Source of the DNA: Vicugna vicugna
Lineage: Eukaryota
NCBI GenBank assembly: GCA_013265495.1
Contig: MU057796.1
Coordinates: 372,001 to 436,000 of the forward strand
DNA length: 64,000 bases
Reading direction: 5' to 3'
In this document: positions 1 through 12,498 of the stretch, one piece after another
Position numbering within the stretch: position 1 is the first letter of the stretch
Layout: each line of letters begins with the position of its first letter
The notes under the pieces: generated by a model
What the model saw: only the letters and a program-made list of their open reading frames with translations
Databases searched by the model: none
Told to the model about the DNA's origin: nothing
Made by a program: the position numbers and the translations under genes

Positions 1-648
1 ATGTTTTTGTATTTTTATGTATTTGAGGTCCTGCAGAATGTTTTCCAAAGAGGCTACACCATTTTACATCCCCAGCGCACTGTATGAGGGTTCTGACTTC
101 TCCACACCCTTATCTACATGTGGTATTGTCTGGGGTTTTAATTCTACCTATCCTAGTGGATATAAAGTGGTACCTCATTTTGGTTTTGATTTGCATTTCC
201 TTGATGAGTAAGTTGAGCACCTTTTATGTGCTTGTTGGTCATTTGTAAAAACTTCTTTGAAGAAATGTATATTCAGATTGCCCACATTTTAATTGAGGTA
301 TTTCTGTTTTTATTATTGAGCTGTAGGAATTATTTATTATTGTAGATATAAGTTTCTTATCATATATGTGACTTGCAAAAACATTTCCCCCATTCTCTGG
401 GTTGTCTTTTTCACTTTCTGTACGGTGTGCTTTGAAGCAGAAAAGCTTTTAATTTTGATGACGTCCAATTTATCTATTTGTTGTCACTGTTGCTTATGCT
501 TTTGATGTCACATGTAGAAACTATCACCTGATTCAAGGTTAAAGATTTACTCCTATGTTTTCTTCTGAGAGGTTTATAGTTTTAGCTTTTACATTTAGAT
601 CTTTGGTCTATTTTAAGTTAATTTTTGTATGTGATGTGAGTCAAGGGA
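1..648 (-). mobile_element. LINE-1 fragment (ORF2 3' region), old, runs off the window start
   Basis: Antisense L1 motifs such as gtggtacctcatttt-ggttttgatttgcatttcc, ttgagcaccttttatgtgcttgttggtcatttgta and tttatagttttagcttttacatttag. Confidence 0.9.
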
Positions 649-669
649 CTCTATTATTCATGAAAAATA

Positions 670-1611
670 TCTTACCTTGGCTTCCATGAGACTATATCCT
701 CCTCATTTTCTCCTGACAATCCACATGGTCCCTTTCTTGGGGGACCATCTATTTATTTAGCTCTTAAGATTTTCTTGTATTTTTAAATATTTTTATTTCT
801 CAAAGTTATGTCTTAGTTTATCTCCTTTTCTTCTCAAGTACTCTCTCCTGACGTATCTCAATAAGAACAGAGCATTTGCTGATGATTCCCAAATTTATAT
901 CTTCATCCCAGACTTCTAGGATCCCCTGACCCTTTTATGCAACCATAAATTCTATATTTACTATTAGTTCTCTCAAAAGCACAGACATTCAAAATCTTCA
1001 AACTAAAAACACATTTTGGACATTCTCATTTCCCTAACCTGGGGCCACTGTTTGATGTGAAAGCTGAACACTGAAGTGCTACCTTTGGCACTCCCTTCTC
1101 TCTTACTCTCAAATCCAATTCATTACCAAATTCTCAATTTTACCTCCTACATGTTTCTAAATTACTCCAGTCTTTTTTTTTTCTCTATCTCAACTTCAAC
1201 CATCCTAATTGTCTGACTTTTCTCACTATCCTAGATTCCGGACAGATTCCTAACAGATCCCAACTCATCTATTCTAGACCACCTTAATTTTCTTCTCTCC
1301 ACTGCAGCAGGTGTTTCCAAAATATAAACCTGACCTTGCCAACAAAAAACCTGCCACCGTGGATAAAAATACCTGAACCCCAATCTCCAACTACTAAAAA
1401 AACCTTCTCCAGTGCCTCTGTGGTTTGGCCTTTCAGACTTGGTCATCTTACTCTCCATGTGCAGACATAGTGACTTTTTTTGTTCTTATCTTCAAAAATG
1501 TTATAGCTCTTCCCTTAACACCATAGACTTATATGTAAGCCATTCTATCAGTCTGGGACCCCTCCCCTCTGCTCTCCTATTTAACTTCTTCCCACGCTAC
1601 AGATTTCTGTT
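670..1611 (+). mobile_element. LINE-2 fragment, interrupted by an L1 and resuming at ~2543-2800
   Basis: L2-like motifs cttggcttccatga and gctgatgattcccaaatttatatcttca; L2 3' end gtaggtgctctaataaatgttt at ~2770-2790. Confidence 0.75.
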
Positions 1612-1621
1612 CAAGTGCTAC

Positions 1622-2528
1622 TTTTTCTTTTTCAATTGAGATATAATTTGTATATAACATTATGCAAGTTCAAGGTGTACAACGTGTTGATCTGATACAT
1701 TTATACATTGCAATGTGCTTGCCATCATAACTTCAGCTAACAGCTCTATCGCATCACCTAATTACCATTTCTTTTTTATTATGAGAATGTTTAAGATATA
1801 GTCTCCTAGAAATTTTGAATAGACATTTTTCCCAAAAAGACATCCAGGTTGCCACTGGGTACATAAAAGTGGTCAACATTACTAATTTAGGCAAATGCAC
1901 ATGAAAACCATGAAATGTTACCTCACCTCTGATAGCATGGCTGTCATCAAGAAGACAAGCAGCAAGTGTTGGCGAGGATGCGGATAAAAGAGAACCCTCA
2001 TGCGCCACTGGTGGGAAGGCAAATTGGTGAAGCCACTATGGAAAACAGTATGACGACTCCTCAAAAAAATAAAATATAACTACCATATGACCCAGCAATC
2101 CCATTACTGGGTATATATAGAAAGGAAACAAAAACAGGATATCAAAAAGATATATATACTCCCATGTTTATTGCAGCATTATTCACAATAGCCAAGATAT
2201 GGAAACAACCTAAATGTCTGTAAATGGATGATGGATATTTATATTTATGAATATTATTATTCAACCACGAGAGAGGAGAAAATTCTGTCATTTGCAACAA
2301 AATAGATGGACCTTGAGGGTTTTAATGTTTAATGAGATATGCCAGATAGAGAGAAATCAAATATAGTATATCACTTATATGTAGAATCTGAAAAAAAATA
2401 ATAGAAAGATGTTTACCAGGAGCTGAGGGCTGAGGGAGGAATTGGGGATATGTTGCTACAGGGTACAAACTTGCAACCAGAAGACAAGTAAGTTCTGGAG
2501 ATCTAACACACTGTATAGTGATTATAAC
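1622..2528 (-). mobile_element. 5'-inverted (twin-primed) LINE-1 3' fragment
   Basis: L1 3' terminus and T-rich tail on the minus strand (1622-~1818) abut the adjacent upstream L1 segment in plus orientation (~1819-2528); degenerate TSD at 1612-1625 and 2529-2542. Confidence 0.8.
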
Positions 2529-4129
2529 CAAATGTTATTCTTTAGTGACACTTTCTCTGATTCCTACTGTTCCCATTTTAGGTCTCACCTCTTTGTTCCA
2601 TGATTTCTAAGAGCAAGCTCTGTCTCTGCCTTTTGAACACCTCTCTCAGTTTGTGGTTTTAGACTTGAAAGTGTGACTAGAGGATTAGTCCCCACATGGA
2701 AACAGGAAGACTAAATGGTTTTGATCACCACCCTATTACCAGATTTTAGCACTGCCATTGAATGCAGTAGGTGCTCTAATAAATGTTTTCTGCTAGTTGA
2801 CTACAAAGAATGGATGCTATTAACTAGGTTATATTCACTACTGGATTTTTACTAAATGTTTGGAGACAAGCATGAAAAAGAAAGAAAAAAGAACATAAAT
2901 CCATGTAGCACATTTGACTCATCAAATTGTTTAAGTCTGAGATTTAAAATATTATGCTGAGCAACTCTGTGCCATCCCTGCTGAAGTTACTAATGTTCGC
3001 TTTTCTGAAATAAGGTCACATGTTTCAAATGTGGGACCAGCTGATGGCTGTCAGTGCCTAGCTCTGAAAATTAGTCCGGAACTTCATTTTGGAGTTCCTT
3101 TTTTCACATTTTGATTTTTAGAAAGTAAAGGAGAAAAACAAACAAATAAAAAACAGAGCTAACAACACTTGATAAAATCTTCTCCACCTGATACTGTTCA
3201 GGTAAAGGAAAAGGACGAGAGCCTGGCAAAGGGGTGACAGTGAGACCCAGGGCCAAAAAGAGACCATCCTCAGAGAAAATGAGCTTAGAACTATAGGTGT
3301 AGGTGAAGGGCTGGAGAGAAAAATCACACACATGAAACGTAACATGAATATGTGTACATGTGAGAATTTTGCTGAAATAGAAAACACTTAATAGAGCTCT
3401 CCTGAGGGAAAGAATGAATTTCTTATCTTATGTCTGCCTCTGACAATCTTTTCAAAGAAAGTCCTAAAAGAATAAAAGAATGGCATATGTGAATAGCATT
3501 CTGAGGTTTTTCTGAAGAATACTGCCAGATAAATCCAAGATGCTACTAAAGATTACACTGACACTGTTTACAAAATAGAGAAGATGCCATAGGACATAGC
3601 CACGTGCACAAAGCAGCGTATTTGTAACGTAAGGATAACCACAGAATTCAGCCGCGTCTCCAAACTGTCACCATCTGGTTTGCAAAGGCGGTTACAAATC
3701 ACTTTGCAAGTAGAATTCGTGGCTTAAAGGTTAGATTAGCAGGATCATTCTGTCACAGGGCAAGTAGAAGCTAAGTCAGTGGAAATGTCCTCTTTGCTCA
3801 CTCTTATATTTTACAGACTTTGTGCCAGATTTTTTTTTTTTTTTTTTTACACTAAGGGAAGTTCTGTACTCGTTGCAGAGTTTTCTGGGTTTAGGTTAAG
3901 CAGCAACTGTTAGACTAGGAGCAGCAGTGGGAGTGAAGCCCTACACTTTTGGAGTTAAAAATCAAATAATGGGAAAAGAGGCTTGAGTTGCCCCTCTGAT
4001 GGAGGGGGGTGAAAGGCCTGTGAGAGGACTGCCTTCTGACTGGGAAGAAGGCAGGAATAACCACAGGGCTCCAAGGCCCTGGGGCCAGGTCTCAGGTGAC
4101 AGGGATTGTTGACCTGGGCCTGGCTGCCC

Positions 4130-4450
4130 CCCCAGGGCCCTCACGGCGACCACTGTGCTGAGCAGTCAGGACTTGGGGATCAAGGGCGCGCAGGCGTCTC
4201 ACGGCCGCTGTGATTCCCACAGCTCCCCCCTGTGATCTCTTTACACGCCTCCCACGCTCCCAGCTGCCACTGTAACAACACGGCACAGCTCTCCCTCTCT
4301 GTGTGTGCTCTTTCTCAAAGCCCAGAACCTTCCTCCACCACCCTCCCTGCCACCCCACCCACATCGCACCCTGTGTGCCCTCCCTCCTCGCCCGCCCCCC
4401 TCCCCATCCCAACAATATCGTCCCTCATAGAAGACAGAAGAAGGCTGGTG
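4130..4450 (-). promoter_or_regulatory. Small CpG-enriched promoter-like region with a candidate minus-strand first exon
   Basis: Local CpG cluster (gggcgcgcaggcg, cacggccgc), GC box cccgccc at ~4391, CACCC boxes at 4335-4360, two minus-strand donors GCC|GTGAG at 4198-4202 and 4140-4144. Confidence 0.5.
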
Positions 4451-5339
4451 GGTCAATTGTTAGTCGCTCCAGGGTATTTTAAAGTTCACATCTCTCTGTT
4501 TGTAGCCACTGCTTCAGAGAATGCGGCCCTTAGAAGCAGGAGTTAGGAAGACTGGATTCTCCCCTAAGTCGGTTACTACCTGGATTTGGGAGCACCCAGA
4601 AGTCTTTAGGCTTGTGTCCTAGCCCTTTCAACTAGAAAATTCTCCGATTTCCAGTTGTTCCTCAGGCCCAGGTTCTCTCCCTTCCGCACACCTATCATGA
4701 CCTTGTTCCTGGGGAGGACTTGCCACAGAACAGAGGTCTGTGCTGTGCTGGCCAGTCTACCAGCTGGCTTATTCACCGCCCTGCTAGTCACTAGCTGGAC
4801 TCATTTTTCATTCCCTTTCCTCTTTCCCAGATCCTTCGGCCAGTCACTTCAGTAACATTTTGTTTTTTGAGTGCCAACTATGTGCTAGACCTAATTTCAG
4901 GGCATAAATTAATAAACAAAATAGTTATAGAACTTACAGACTGACGTGAGTGAGGCGAACAATAAACAAGAAAAACATTAAAAATTATCAAATGCTAGCG
5001 TGCTGCCGATGAAGCCAATGCAAGAAGTCTGTCCTTATTTCCATATCATTCCCTGAAGCTCAAGCCACAGATCTTGTAGCTTAATGTAAATTGGCCTTGA
5101 GTTTGAGACCCAGATAATCCCAGCACTTTCAAATTGCGGAGCCTGCATTTCCACAGCTATGACCTTTGAAAGATCAGAAATTCATGAGAAGTCTGAGCGG
5201 GACAGTGGATATCTCTTTGTTTTCCTGAATGTTCAAAGCATATTATGTGTAGGATACAGTTTGGAAATATGTACAGCGTCATTTTTCTGAATGTCTCTCT
5301 TTCTCTCTCTCTCTCTAACATACTTCATAAAACACGTTT

Positions 5340-5762
5340 TGAATACTGTACCCCATTTATTTTGTCTTCATGGTGTGTACGTTCAAGGTCCCCAGTTTCT
5401 GGAACCTCTGAGAAGTAAGTGATACATTGGCACTTTAAGAAGCTCTCATGAACTAGTTAAGGAGAAGATGGGAAAATGCAGGGAGAAAAACAGGAGAACA
5501 TTTGGAAGCAATCAGTGACAGTCATATAGCACCCAAGGCCAGTTTGGGTTTGCAAGCTCTTTGAGTAGCTGGTTCTTATGATACTTTTCAGTTTTCCTCT
5601 ACTTATTGCAAATTCTTGGGAAAACTCTAGCTCGGTCTTGGTTCTGTGCCTGGGTCCTTTGCGGCCAGCAGCTGTGCAGTGTGGGGCAGATAATCTTGCA
5701 AGCCGACAGCAGCCTTGATGAGCCTTGAAGGGCTCATTCCTGGGCACACGAGAGGAAGACCC
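5340..5762 (-). other. Candidate terminal exon of a minus-strand transcript
   Basis: Acceptor ctctctgcatcttttcccag|GGG at 5762; minus-strand AATAAA at 5356-5361. Confidence 0.3.
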
Positions 5763-6833
5763 CTGGGAAAAGATGCAGAGAGCTTCGGAGCCTTTTAAAG
5801 GGGGCAGATTTCTGGAAATTAGGAGGTATCACCTTGTTTTGTTGTCACAGGCTGTTGAGGATGGAGATTTTTAGTACAGATATTATGTCCTGCTTCCCCA
5901 GATTCCTCTACAGTACGTTTGGGAAAGGCATGGTTATCCACTCCCCCCTCACCTTTCAGTGAACATGATTTCATAATTTCCCCAAGGTCACAGTGCAGAC
6001 AAGTGCAAGGCGAGATTTCTTGCTTGAGGTGCTATGTGCTGCCTGTCACTCCTACAACGTTGGTAAATTCTTCCTAATAATTAAAAGGGTGTTGTGAAGG
6101 TGGAAAGGCCCCATGGAATTCAAGCTCCAATATGCTTTTCCAAATTCTCCCACTGTGCTTTGCAATCAAATCAAACTGCTGTTCATTTTGGGACTAAGGA
6201 TGCAGTGTTCTGGGATACGGTGTTCTCAGCCCTGTTCCCCATGGATGAGTCTCCACGGATCCCAAATAGCACAGCTGACGTTAATCGCTGCTTCTCACCC
6301 CACAGCTTCTCAAATGGCATGCAAGGTTGGCAGGAGAACTCTTGGGCGTGGGAACACAGGTTCTCTGTTCAACTGTATTAAAACACTAAGGGCATTTACT
6401 TCAGTGGTTTCAAACTCGTTCAAAAGTCTGAGCTCCTGAAAGTTACGGGGTGTGGGACTCTACAAAATATTGACATGCGAAATTCTGCCATGCAGACTAG
6501 GAACAAGAATAGAACAATAGAACATGTGTGTTCTATAAAATCACAGCCTGAGTGTCCGTGAAATAACAAATTGAGCCTGGCCTTTTTCCAGTTTTTCCGT
6601 TAACTTTCTCTCACCAAGTGCTTATTGATTTAATTCCGTTACCACTTGTTATCAGAAGACTGTCTAAAATGCTTGGAAAATCGAGTCTCTTAAACAGGTT
6701 AAGAATTTCCCTTTCACTCTTGTTATTAACACCATTAATTAGCAAGCCATTTAGAGCCTAAGCAAAAGAGTAAAAAAGTTCAAACTGACTCTTCTCTATA
6801 TTATTACAAATTCCTGATGTCAAATTTACTTAC

Positions 6834-7051
6834 ACTTGATCCAACAGCAATGGCCCCAAAATGCATCTTCTGCGACTGTGGTGTTCCAAGTGGTTGATGT
6901 CATTTGTGAGCTGTTGACGCAGACATTTTATTTGTTGATTGCTGATCTTTGAAAAGACGTGGATCTTGAAAAGATACACCAAGCTCCACTGTCTCCTTCC
7001 CATATCCTCTTTTTCTGCCGTCTTTCCCCCTCCCCTTAGAAGAATCACTAT
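6834..7051 (-). other. Candidate 218-nt exon
   Basis: Acceptor ctctgggttttag|ATAG and donor AGT|GTAAGT; one frame open throughout and a second open for 50 codons. Confidence 0.4.
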
Positions 7052-7329
7052 CTAAAACCCAGAGCTTCTCAGAAGCTGTCTGAAAACCACTGTAATTTTC
7101 AGTTTTCTTAGCATACATTGCAGTTTACAATTAAAATACAATTCATATTAATGTTACCACCTGTTGATGTGTTAACAGGAAAACATTAAAGGCTGTTTAG
7201 TTAATCTATTCCAGCTGTTAAACTGCAAGCTCTTGGAGGGTAGGACTCGTGGTCATCCAGCTCTGCACCGTATCCCCTGTGCCTCACACACACTCGTGTG
7301 TGTAGGGCCGTTGTAATAATGCGATTATG

Positions 7330-7560
7330 TGATCATGACAGCTAAGACTTAACATAGTGATAGCTGCATCCCAGGAACTCTTCTGAGCACTTGACACACA
7401 TGAACACTTAATTCTCAACAACCAGTGAAACCAGCATTATTATTATTTTCATTTGCAAGTAAGAAAACCCAAGCCCTGTGTGCTTCAATGACCTTGTGAA
7501 GGTCAGTAAAGGGCAGAGCAGGAGTCCCAGAGTCTGGCTTCCGGACCTGTGCCCTTGACT
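7330..7560 (-). mobile_element. MIR SINE
   Basis: Core attattattttcatttgcaagtaagaaaacccaagccc...gaccttgtgaaggtca. Confidence 0.75.
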
Positions 7561-9623
7561 GTCACAACAGACTGCCTCTTGGTGCATCAAAATAAAGTGG
7601 CACATCTTATGAGAAAATTTTATTTGACCTCAGCTCTTCCCCGACTCTCCCCTATTTGCATGACATTTTTATACCTTTCCTAGAGCTTCTGCATATTTTA
7701 CCTGATAATCAAGTTTTCCAATGACCAGGCTCTAAATCACTACAGACCTTGCCATTTCCCCAAGAGCCATGCTTTGCATTACTCATAAGTCAGACCCAGT
7801 TTTTACTTATGTGATTTGGATGGGGCTGATGCTAGTAGCTGACAGGTGAAGCCTTTATTTACCAGTCTATCCAGGCTGTGGAGAACATCACTTGCAGATC
7901 TTCAGCTGGGTTATTCTCTAGTCTACAAAGCTTAACTGATATTAAAAAAAAAATTAATCTGCTTTAATGAGCAATTTCTACAGCTGTTCATAGTGCTTTT
8001 TATTTAATTTTATAATTTTGTGCTGTCAAGCTATTATGGCTGATATTTTATATATAAAAAACATAATACTAGAGTTTGAAATCCTAAAAAAATCAAAACT
8101 CAAGATTGCTCTTCTGTCGCCGTGAGGTTTCTCTAACTGCTTCTGCCCCCAGTAACAGTGGAAAGTGTCTGAACAGCTCAGAAAAATATGTGATGGAGTC
8201 GCAAATTTACTCACACTGATCTTTCTTGTCAAGTGCCTACCTAGGTGGGCAGAGGAGAAAACAAAATAAACAGACCAGCTTAGCCTAGTCTGATATAAAA
8301 CAAAGTAAGACACAATCATTTTATGTTTCTTTAGGTTTAACTTGATTCTTTAGATAGTCGTTCAAGGTTTCAAATTCCCTCATGTTCTCCTTATGCTTTG
8401 CCAAGATGGTAGCCAGGAGTATGAAGTACGGACCACAAGACCCTGTGGAATTGAGTAGGTTGAGTGGCTGTGAGAATTGAAGTGAGCTTAGCTTCCCTGC
8501 AGTTCAGCTCAGTTCTGATCCCAGGTAATCTGTTAGATAAACAGATTGAGGCTATTGAAGTCTCTCATGGATAAACTCACGATACAGTTATACATTTTTT
8601 CAGGGTCTTAGGACTTTAGAAAACCCACTCTGATGACTCAGCCTCCCCTTGTCCTTCATAGGTTTGGAAGACTCCTTTGCGTCACTGCCACATCAGTCAT
8701 CTGGCCCCTGGCTCTTGCTGACCGCCCCCAAGCCTCTGCCCTGGGTTATGGTGCCCTGAGTGTGGTGGGCTTCATAACAAGTTTCCCAACTCTCACCTTA
8801 ATGCCGGTCCCACACAGGAAACAAAGAGCTGTTAACTAACTTGATCTTCAGGGGTTTTTTTGGCATGCCTTCTGGAATATTTAGGACCATCTGAAGTGAG
8901 CTCAGTGCCCTCTGTACCAAGGGTTCCCCTAAACCGACAACTGGAAAAGAACCTCTCTGCTCCCCATGTCCCCACCAACCAGTGTAAGTGATGTCCTCCT
9001 CAGGCCTGGATTTCCAGCTCTGTACTTCAGACACCCAAGCACATGTCGGACTGCCTCCCGCTAGTAACTATGTCACTCTTTTTTCTCCCCACAAGCAACT
9101 AGAGGAGAGGGGCAGATTTTTGCCTTCCTTCTTGGCCTGCCTGGGTGGGATAACCCCCTAAATAGCATTTACCTTCTTCCAAGATTACAATTTCTCCCTC
9201 TCCATTCCCGAAACAAAAGTGGTGGGCTGACTTGGGGGAGAGAGAAACCAACTGAAAAGGAAACGTGAAGAGGGAGATAATTGAAAGTGATGATTCAGGT
9301 ACACATGTGTCTTAGCTAATGGGTGCATTTAAATACCATTTTTCATGAGCAGTTAGAATGAAAGTTGTATTGATTCTGAAAATATACGGTAACCAGTGAA
9401 AATGGTCATAATTTTCAAACTATTAGGAAGCAATATGACTTTGCAGTTTTAATGACAAAATGATAAAGTTGGCATGATTAATTTCAGTACCCTCAAATCA
9501 TAGAATGTTAGAACTGTAGTAGGAAAGAACTAATAATTATTGAACATCTAGTATGCTCTGGGTACATTCAGACAGTTTATATATATTATTTCATTTAATA
9601 TTCATAAGAAACTTACAAACTTT

Positions 9624-9967
9624 CAAAAAATATACTTAACTCATTTAGAGCAGTTTCAGGTTCACAGCAGAATTGAGCAGAAAATACACAGAGTTTGCAC
9701 AGAGCCCTCCCCACCCACACATATATACTCCCCTACCCTCAAAATCCCTCATCTGTGTGGCATATTTGGTACAATTGATGAACCAATATGGGCACATTAT
9801 TATCAACCAAAGGCCATAGTTTAGGGTTCACTGTCAATGTTGTACATTCTATGGGTTTTGACAGATGCATAATGACATGCAGCCACCACTATAGTATCAT
9901 ACAGAATAATTTCATTGCCCTAAAAATCCCTTGTGCTCCATCTGTTCATTCCTCCCGCCCTTTCCCC
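9624..9967 (-). mobile_element. L1 3' UTR fragment (L1MB/MC-like) inserted into a MIR
   Basis: tttagagcagtttcaggttcacagcagaattgagcaga motif; perfect 15-bp TSD aaacttacaaacttt at 9609-9623 and 9968-9982. Confidence 0.85.
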
Positions 9968-10458
9968 AAACTTACAAACTTTTAAGACAAATCTGTTAGT
10001 ATCTGTAATATTTTAAAATAATTCCTTTATGAGGCAACCAGTAAGAAGATGAAAGAGTGGGCTCAAAGAATGTTTTAGGAACAGGGATTAGAAAAGACAG
10101 AAAAGGAATGTCTAAGCACAATTTGTAAATTAGATATATAACTAGTTAACTTTCTACACCTTATCAATTTCAGAGGTTAACCTTTAATCTTACTGGGTTG
10201 GAATTACCTGTGTTTTCATTAGTTGTGGGTTGTTAATGCAATATATGGTAACAACAAAATTACATTTTCAGCAGGACTAACAGAAAATGCTCCAACATCA
10301 TACAAGAAACTAAGTATTTACTATTTTGGCTCTTTTTGAGTTTGGAATATTTCATTTCAGACTATCCTATGAGTTGGGCAATGATCTCCCCACTTTATCC
10401 TTAAGGATACAAATGCAATAAAGACAGATAACCTGACCAAGAACACATGGTTAGCCAC

Positions 10459-10912
10459 TATTGGGAGACAATTCTGCATGGACAATTCTTTCTAGCATTT
10501 CTGCATGTCTTGTAGGTAGAGTCTTTTGTCCTGGGTCATATTTTCCAGATATGCAAGATGTCTGTAGAGTGAACTGTACTGGGAGATGGAGATAATGTCT
10601 GCTTTAAGAGCAAAGGCTGGACACTTTGCTGCCTATTTTAAAAGATGACTTTCCTAGGTTTCGGTTCCTCTCCCACACCTCAACCCACTGCATGTGCAGG
10701 TATCACCTCGCTCTTTAGCATTACCCTAGAGCAATGAGGGGCCAAGGAACTGGGCAAGACAATGAGGACACTTTAGCTATTGCTGTTAGTAAAGCATTGT
10801 TTTTTGTCTCTGACCCAGCAGCCTTGTGTCTTCTGCCAGCATCCTTGAAACTGTGACTTGCATGGAAACTTTTGGCTTGCATGTAAAGTCTGAGTTTTCA
10901 CACTTCCTGACA
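10459..10912 (+). mobile_element. ERVL-class solo LTR (LTR40-like)
   Basis: Starts tattgggagacaattctgcatgg, carries gtaaagc...tttgtctctgacccag...cttgtgtcttctgccagcatcc, ends cctgaca. Confidence 0.65.
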
Positions 10913-11274
10913 CCAATTATATTCATAACTAGAACTTTGAGTTCTAAACTCTCATGCCTGTATTCTTTCCACTTTACCATGACAAGCCTCAATTTCCTAC
11001 CTTCCTGAATTTCCTGCTTTTGTATCTTCTTTCCCAGTCCAGTACCTCCAGAAATTCTGGAACATTTGTTCTCTCCTGATTCTAAAAGATGGATCATTCA
11101 CCTAGAAGAGGCTACCCATCACCAAGCCTCTGAAAACTGTCCCCATTGTCTACTTCACTGGCTTTTCTTTATTGCAGGAGAAAAATAGTGTAGTGAACAA
11201 AAATATTGATGACTGGTAACTCTTACCAACACATTTTGGTAAATTAAGTGATTTTTAAGCAAGAATGGTATTTT

Positions 11275-11625
11275 TCATGATATCACTTACATGTGCGATC
11301 TTAAAAAAAAGGCAAATGAACTTATTTACAAAACAGAAACAGACTCACAGACTTAGAAAACAAACTTATAGTTACCAGCGGTGAAGAGGGTGGGAAGGGA
11401 TAAATTGGGAGTTTGAGATTTACAGGTACTAACTAATAGATATAAAATAGATAAACAACAAGTTCATACTGTCTAGCACAAGGAACTATATTCAGTATCT
11501 TGTAGTAACATGGTGAAAAAGAGTGTGAAAACAAATATATGTATTTTCATGTATGATTAAAGCATTATGCTCTACACCAGAAATTGACATATTGTAAACT
11601 GACTATACTTCTAAATATATATACA
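11275..11625 (+). mobile_element. Cetartiodactyl-type L1 3' UTR
   Basis: aaatgaacttatttacaaaacagaaacagactcacagac...ggataaattgggagtttgagatt...tgtaaactgactatacttc. Confidence 0.9.
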
Positions 11626-11877
11626 TATGAATGCATCAAGACAGCGCTTTCATCCGAGTGGAATATCCAAGAGGGTAGGAAAAAAAGGAAGAACACATTA
11701 CTTTCACAAAGTTTTTCTAGATTTCATTAAACTTCGGAATTCATATTACATAGGTGTCAGAATAAAACAAGATACTATTGGTATCTGGTCTTTGTCCTCC
11801 CCTCCGCATCAATGACTTTCAAACATACCAGGCAAAATACTTTATCTCCATTATAAAACCCTTTGATGGCTCCCAGC

Positions 11878-12498
11878 TGTGGGAGCCCATGATTGGGTTA
11901 ACAATTGTAACAGATCCCAGCCGCTCATCTCTTTAAAGAAAATGTGCTTAGTAACAGCCTTGAGGTTTTAGCAATGACCCCAGGCTCCTGGCTATAAATG
12001 CTGGGTGTGCCTGCTGTAAGTCTTCTATCCCCAAAACAGCCTTGGGCCAGAATGGTAAACAACTTATAAAAAGCTGCAGACTCAGAGGTGAGAAGGCTGG
12101 GTAGCCAATGACGGGTAAGATCCCCTGAGGGGGGCAACCTAAGACCAGCACAGCCGCCTGAGTCCAAGTTGTTAAGGAGCTGATTCTCATACGTTCTGCC
12201 CTGATAAGCTGAAGGGCTCAACACAAACATGATTCACCAAAAAGTGTCTTCTGACCTTGAGCCAAACACCAACAATAAACAAAGCCTTTGTATTCATTGT
12301 GATCCTACCCTGTCCTTCCCTAAATTCCTGCATTCCTCCTTTGCCTGTACTCAGTAAATATGGAAGATATGAGAGGCTCGAAGAGTTGGCTCCCAACTCC
12401 CTCTCACTCTCTTGACGTTTCCAGAAAGTCTTGCGTAATTCATTCCATCTCGGTGGAACTTCTGCCGGCCAGAACCCACACCTGGTGACGAACCCTCA
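11878..12498 (+). mobile_element. Solo LTR (621 bp) with 6-bp TSD, ERV2/ERVK-like, inserted in L2
   Basis: TG...CA termini, TSD cccagc at 11872-11877 and 12499-12504, TATA-like tataaaa at ~12065, AATAAA at ~12274; L2 is continuous across the insertion. Confidence 0.8.

Noticed and set aside
4092..4546. Overlapping ~100-aa ORFs on both strands
   Set aside because: They are explained by local GC richness and low complexity, and resemble no protein I recognise.
6519..6534. AGAACA-tgtg-TGTTCT as a steroid hormone response element
   Set aside because: The spacer is 4 bp, not the canonical 3 bp.
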